A stretch of DNA of 64,000 nucleotides. Origin: an uncultured Pelagibacteraceae bacterium (GTDB lineage Bacteria > Pseudomonadota > Alphaproteobacteria > Pelagibacterales > Pelagibacteraceae). The stretch covers positions 676-64,675 of the forward strand of contig CACGIZ010000004.1 of the NCBI GenBank assembly GCA_902573235.1, written 5' to 3'. The notes below the pieces were generated by a model. The model was not told where the DNA came from and made no database searches. It was given only the letters and a program-made list of their open reading frames with translations. The position numbers and the translations under genes were made by a program. Positions 59,209 to 64,000 of this stretch are shown here, piece by piece; within the stretch, counting starts at the first letter, position 1; the number at the start of each line of letters is the position of its first letter.

Positions 59209-61299
59209 ATGAATATTAAAAATATTGCGAATTCTATATTAATTTTTACGATAAATAGGCTAATAGAAATTTTTGGAATAGTTATTTCCGTAATTGGATT
59301 AATTTTATTTATTGCATTGATTTCCTATTCACCCTCGGATCCAAATTTCATATTTCCTGATAACACAACAATAAAAAATTTACTTGGCTTTCAAGGTAGC
59401 TATACTTCTGATTTATTTTTCCAGTCAGTTGGTCTTATTTCGTTTTTAATACCAGTATCTTTAATATTTACAGGAATAAATATATTTAAAAAAAAAGAAA
59501 TTTTCATCTTAATAGAAAACATATTTTTTATAATTATTTATTCTATTGTGGGCTCATTATTCTTTTATGTTTTTTATGATAGTTCATACGATTTATATAT
59601 AAATGGAAATGGTGGTTTTGTAGGAAATTACGTTGGTGGAGAAGTTTTAAAGAATTATCTAATAAATTATAAAAATTTATCGTATTATTTTTTAATTTTC
59701 TTAACTCTTTTTTTATTTTTAATAAGTATAAACTTTAATCTTAAAAATTTTATCAAAACATTAAAAAAAATAACCGATATTATATTGAATAGAAAATCAA
59801 GAAATTACACAAATAAAAATGAAATTATAAATGAATACATTCCTCAGGAAGAAATTAAGAATCTAATTCAAGAGGATTTACCATTTATAAAAGCAGAAAA
59901 AGAACAATTATCAAAAAAAGCTAAATTTATTATTCCTTCTACAGACCTATTAAAAATACCATCAAAAAAAGAGAGAGAAAGATCAAATGATAATGAGAAT
60001 AATGATCCAGATTTTTTAGAAAAAATTCTTTTGGATTTTGGTGTCAATGGGAAAATAAAAAAAGTAAGTCACGGCCCTGTAGTAACATTGAATGAATTTG
60101 AACCAGCTGCTGGGGTAAAGGTATCAAAAATAATTAATCTTTCTGATGATATTGCTAGAAATACAAGTTCTGAGTCGGCCCGTATTTCAACTATACCAGG
60201 AAGTAATACAATAGGAATTGAATTACCAAATTCATTTAGAGAAAATGTTTACTTAAGTGAAATTTTAGATAATCCAAATTTCAAAAAAAAGGAAACGAAG
60301 CTGCCAATTGCTTTAGGTAAAAATATTTCTGGAATTCCTATAATCGGTGATTTAGCCTCAATGCCACATTTATTAATTGCTGGAACAACTGGATCAGGAA
60401 AATCTGTTTGTATAAATACAATTATATTATCTCTTCTATACAAACATACGCCTGAAAAATGTAAATTTATATTAATTGATCCTAAAATGCTTGAACTCTC
60501 TACCTACGAAGGAATACCTCATTTGCTTTGTCCAGTTATTACTGAGGCAAAAAAAGCTGCTTCAGTTTTAGGGTGGGTCGTAAAAGAGATGGAAAGTAGA
60601 TATAGGCTTATGACTAAGGAGGGAGTGAGAAATATTGATAGTTATAATTTAAAACATAAGCTTCCAATGCCATATATAGTTGTTGTTGTTGATGAGATGT
60701 CAGATTTAATGCTTGTTGCAGGTAAAGAAATTGAAAATTATATTCAAAAATTATCTCAGATGGCTAGAGCTGCTGGGATACATATTATCATGGCTACTCA
60801 AAGACCAAGTGTTGATGTAATTACAGGTACTATTAAAGCCAATTTCCCGACTCGTATTTCATTTCAAGTTACTTCTAAAATAGATAGTAGAACAATTTTA
60901 GGTGAACAAGGTGCTGAACAATTACTAGGTAAAGGTGATATGCTTTATATGTCGTCTGCTAATAGAATTGTTAGAATTCACGCTCCATTTGTATCAGATA
61001 ATGAAATTGAAAAAATAAATAATTTTTTAAGATCTCAAGCAGAACCAGATTATGTTGATGAAATTTTAAACTTTGCCGATGAAAAAGAAATTGGTGAAAA
61101 CCCAAACAATCAAAGTGATAAAGATGAGCTTTACCAACAAGCAGTAGATATAATTAAATCTGAGGGAAAGGCCTCAACATCTTTTTTACAAAGGAAACTT
61201 CAGATTGGTTACAACAGAGCTGCCAGAATAATAGATATGATGGAAGCCGAAGGTTTAGTTAGTAAGGCAAATCATGTTGGAAAACGTGATGTTCTGTGA
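59209..61299 (+). CDS. ftsK: DNA translocase FtsK
   Basis: 4 TM N-domain, GPVVT, AGTTGSGKS, ATQRPSVD, LQIGYNRAAR gamma domain. Confidence 0.97.
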   Translation: MNIKNIANSILIFTINRLIEIFGIVISVIGLILFIALISYSPSDPNFIFPDNTTIKNLLGFQGSYTSDLFFQSVGLISFLIPVSLIFTGINIFKKKEIFILIENIFFIIIYSIVGSLFFYVFYDSSYDLYINGNGGFVGNYVGGEVLKNYLINYKNLSYYFLIFLTLFLFLISINFNLKNFIKTLKKITDIILNRKSRNYTNKNEIINEYIPQEEIKNLIQEDLPFIKAEKEQLSKKAKFIIPSTDLLKIPSKKERERSNDNENNDPDFLEKILLDFGVNGKIKKVSHGPVVTLNEFEPAAGVKVSKIINLSDDIARNTSSESARISTIPGSNTIGIELPNSFRENVYLSEILDNPNFKKKETKLPIALGKNISGIPIIGDLASMPHLLIAGTTGSGKSVCINTIILSLLYKHTPEKCKFILIDPKMLELSTYEGIPHLLCPVITEAKKAASVLGWVVKEMESRYRLMTKEGVRNIDSYNLKHKLPMPYIVVVVDEMSDLMLVAGKEIENYIQKLSQMARAAGIHIIMATQRPSVDVITGTIKANFPTRISFQVTSKIDSRTILGEQGAEQLLGKGDMLYMSSANRIVRIHAPFVSDNEIEKINNFLRSQAEPDYVDEILNFADEKEIGENPNNQSDKDELYQQAVDIIKSEGKASTSFLQRKLQIGYNRAARIIDMMEAEGLVSKANHVGKRDVL

Positions 61300-61844
61300 T
61301 GAAAAAATATTTACTAATTTTTTTATTTTTTTTTTACTCTACATCTTTTGCCTCTATCAAAGAAAATATAATTAAAAATTTAAATGATATAAATAACTTA
61401 TCTTTTAATTTTGAACAAAATATAAATGGTAAAATAGAAAAAGGATCTTGCTCTTTAAAATATCAAAAAAAAATATTTTGCAAGTATAACTTAGCAAATA
61501 ATAAGATTATGGTTGCAGACGGAAAAAATATGGTAATAAAAACTGAAAGTAGTTATTACCTCTACCCTATAAATAAAACACCATTAAATTTGATTTTAGA
61601 TAAAAAATTTATATTAGATAAAATCAAAATTTCAGATGAAATAGTAATAGAAAATAAATTTATTAATTATAAATTTTATCAAAATGACAATGAAATAAAT
61701 GTTTATTTTGATAAGTCTACTTATGACTTAGTTGGATGGCAAACTGTTGATATTTACCAAAATATTAGCATTACTTATCTTTCATCTATAAGAAAAAACC
61801 AAAAATTAAAGAAAGAATTATTTTTACTACCAAAACAAAACTAA
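61299..61844 (+). CDS. lolA: Outer-membrane lipoprotein carrier LolA
   Basis: Signal peptide, FEQ, VADG, TPL; conserved position after ftsK. Confidence 0.82.
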   Translation: MKKYLLIFLFFFYSTSFASIKENIIKNLNDINNLSFNFEQNINGKIEKGSCSLKYQKKIFCKYNLANNKIMVADGKNMVIKTESSYYLYPINKTPLNLILDKKFILDKIKISDEIVIENKFINYKFYQNDNEINVYFDKSTYDLVGWQTVDIYQNISITYLSSIRKNQKLKKELFLLPKQN

Positions 61845-61845
61845 A

Positions 61846-62349
61846 TTATAAAAATACAGTTTCAGTTTTAAAAATTTTCATCCCTCTTGCGATATAATTA
61901 TTCAGCGCATTTTTGTGGTCTAGTGAGCATGTGTGTACCCAAACTCTTTGTGTGTTAAATAAAAATGAATTTTTTATAGCAACTGAAAGTAAACATGAAC
62001 CTAATTTTTTATTTTGATATTCTTCCAATAAACCTAAGTAAGCAATTTCGACTTCTTTTTTCTCTGGATGTGAAATTAACTCAAAATACCCAGCAAAATC
62101 TTTTTCATTTTTTAACACATAGGTTTTTACATTTTTATCAGAAACATAATCGATCCATTGTTTTTCCGTCCAAACTAATCGATCAACCCAATGATGATTT
62201 TTGCCAATGTTTTTATAAAAAAATTTATTCAATTGGAAATCAACTGGATTTACAAGACTCACCGAATACTTTTCAGGAAAATTAGAAGTTTTTTTTAAAT
62301 CTTCTAAAAAATTTATTTCTAAATAATTTCTTTCAACTTTTTTACTCAC
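61846..62349 (-). CDS. GNAT acetyltransferase
   Basis: GYFEL, YLGLLEEYQNKKLG, VWVHTCSLDH. Confidence 0.88.
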   Translation of the reverse strand: MSKKVERNYLEINFLEDLKKTSNFPEKYSVSLVNPVDFQLNKFFYKNIGKNHHWVDRLVWTEKQWIDYVSDKNVKTYVLKNEKDFAGYFELISHPEKKEVEIAYLGLLEEYQNKKLGSCLLSVAIKNSFLFNTQRVWVHTCSLDHKNALNNYIARGMKIFKTETVFL

Positions 62350-62711
62350 TCAACCATCTTACCAACTCTTTCACCTCCAAATAAGTGAAAATGTAAATGT
62401 GGTACTTCTTGACCACCATGTTCACTTATATTTGCTAAAGCCCTATAACCTTTTCCAGTATCTACTGAAATCCCAAGCTTTTTAGCAACTATATTTATGC
62501 CTTTTAATAATCCAACCATCTCTTCTGAAGAGGCATTCTGACTAAAATCATCTAAATCAATATATTTTCCTTTTGGAATAATTAAAGCATGAATTTTTTT
62601 TTGCGGATTGATGTCGTGAAATGACAAAACAAAATCATCCTCATAAATTTTATTACAAGGTATTTCTCCACGTAAAATTTTTGCAAAAATATTATTGTCA
62701 TCATAAACCAT
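62346..62711 (-). CDS. HIT family nucleotide hydrolase (HinT-like)
   Basis: NIFAKILRGEIP, GQEVPHLHFH. Confidence 0.94.
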   Translation of the reverse strand: MVYDDNNIFAKILRGEIPCNKIYEDDFVLSFHDINPQKKIHALIIPKGKYIDLDDFSQNASSEEMVGLLKGINIVAKKLGISVDTGKGYRALANISEHGGQEVPHLHFHLFGGERVGKMVE

Positions 62712-62712
62712 C

Positions 62713-63060
62713 TTAATTTCTGCTCGCTTTTTCTTCTAAACCTGATTGAGAAGTTCTATTATTTAGTTCATCAAGTACGTCTTCATATTTTATATTATTG
62801 GCTTCGAGATAAACCAAAAGGTGATAAATAACATCTGACGCTTCTTTAACATCTGACTTAAAAAATTCTGGTTTCGCATCAAAAACTTTATCTTTAGAAT
62901 TTAATAATTTTACAGCTTGAATAAGTTCATTTATTTCCTCTAACACTTTTTCTTCAGATAGTTTTTTATTATTTAAAAGTTTTTTTGTATATGACTTCTC
63001 CTCTGTAGAGTTTTTTCTGTCTCTTATTGTTTTTACAAGGTTATCTAAAATTTCAGACAT
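62713..63060 (-). CDS. hisE: Phosphoribosyl-ATP diphosphatase
   Basis: SYTKKLL, KVLEE, EASDVIYHL, SGLEEKASR; after hisF. Confidence 0.9.
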   Translation of the reverse strand: MSEILDNLVKTIRDRKNSTEEKSYTKKLLNNKKLSEEKVLEEINELIQAVKLLNSKDKVFDAKPEFFKSDVKEASDVIYHLLVYLEANNIKYEDVLDELNNRTSQSGLEEKASRN

Positions 63061-63061
63061 T

Positions 63062-63817
63062 TCAAATCCTAACAGGAATTCCTTTTGAATCCAAATATTC
63101 CTTAGCCTCTTTCACAGAATGCTTACCATAATGAAAAATTGATGCTGCTAAAACTGCGCTTGCATTTCCTAATTTGATTCCATCTACTAAATGATCTAGA
63201 TTTCCTACTCCACCTGAAGCAATAACTGGAATATTAACTTTAGATGAAATTTTTGACATTAAATCAATATCATATCCAACTTGCGTGCCATCTCTATCCA
63301 TTGAGGTTACCAATAACTCACCTGCACCATTTTCTTCCATTTCTTTTGCATATTTCAATGCATCGAAACCACTATTGTTTCTTCCTCCATGAGTAAATAT
63401 TTCCCATTTATTTCCATTTTTTTTAGCATCTATTGCTACCACTATGCATTGAGAACCAAATTTTTTTGAACTATCCATGACAATTTTTGGATTTTCAACA
63501 GCTGCTGTATTTATTGAAACTTTATCAGCTCCACAATTTAACAATTTATTTATATCTTCCACTGTTCTAATTCCTCCGCCTACAGTTAAAGGTACAAAAC
63601 ATTTTTTTGATGTTTCTTTTACAACATCATAAATAATATCTCTGTTCTCATTAGAAGCTGTGATGTCTAGAAAACAAATTTCATCTGCTCCACCATCACT
63701 ATAAATTTTTGCTTGTTCAACAGGATCTCCTGCATCCTTTAAATCAACAAAATTTATACCTTTAACTACACGACCATTCTTGACATCTAAACAAGGTATT
63801 ATTCTATTTTTAAGCAT
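63062..63817 (-). CDS. hisF: Imidazole glycerol phosphate synthase cyclase subunit
   Basis: [30 protein letters not shown]. Confidence 0.97.
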   Translation of the reverse strand: MLKNRIIPCLDVKNGRVVKGINFVDLKDAGDPVEQAKIYSDGGADEICFLDITASNENRDIIYDVVKETSKKCFVPLTVGGGIRTVEDINKLLNCGADKVSINTAAVENPKIVMDSSKKFGSQCIVVAIDAKKNGNKWEIFTHGGRNNSGFDALKYAKEMEENGAGELLVTSMDRDGTQVGYDIDLMSKISSKVNIPVIASGGVGNLDHLVDGIKLGNASAVLAASIFHYGKHSVKEAKEYLDSKGIPVRI

Positions 63818-64000
63818 CTTCTTTGACTAACTCATCTAATTCAATATCACCATCATAAATAGCCTTACCCACTATTATCCCTTCAATATTTTTAAGAGTT
63901 TTTGCTTTTTTAATATCCTCAATTGAAGAAACACCACCAGATATAATTACTGGACAATTTGATTTTTCAGCAATTTTTGATGTTTCGTCAAAATTTGGAC
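63810..64000 (-). CDS. hisA: HisA isomerase, C-terminal part (5' end off window)
   Basis: Manual translation ...PNFDET...[14 protein letters not shown]...[15 protein letters not shown]...DA*; overlaps hisF start. Confidence 0.9.
   Translation of the reverse strand, partial: PNFDETSKIAEKSNCPVIISGGVSSIEDIKKAKTLKNIEGIIVGKAIYDGDIELDELVKEDA

Noticed and set aside
1-64000. CRISPR arrays, IS elements, rRNA, long tandem repeats, classic riboswitches
   Set aside because: None seen by eye. Poly-A/T runs reflect low GC and Lys/Phe codons, and intergenic gaps are too short for arrays. No computational scan was run.

Overview
AT-rich, very gene-dense chromosome segment with tiny or overlapping intergenic gaps. 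Gene content and style point to a streamlined marine alphaproteobacterium, most likely SAR11/Ca. Pelagibacter (inference, no search run). Core genes: ffh (partial), dapF, ftsY, ccmCDEFGH, hspQ, argG, folD, hemCD, tsaD, acs, an ActP-like symporter, rpe, purH, tRNA-Gly(GCC), ftsK, lolA, hisE/F/A. Accessory-like parts: a TRAP + amidase + 2-hydroxy-acid oxidation cluster (5.2-15.9 kb), a light/UV-repair neighbourhood (26.5-33.2 kb), and two small glycan-modification insertions (after tsaD and after tRNA-Gly). Most notable observations: (1) a tightly overlapping operon joining an Fe-S-less (6-4) photolyase, a DUF2256 microprotein, a secreted CRTAC1-like protein and a secreted 10-Cys unknown protein; (2) acetyl-CoA synthetase with a ~47-aa protamine/histone-like basic N-terminal tail; (3) a candidate structured RNA (16-bp G-U-containing stem, CU-rich loop, own promoter) between hspQ and ccmC. 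Two small CDSs missed by the ORF track were found. No CRISPR array, rRNA, transposase or integrase was seen. Product calls come from motif recognition only.
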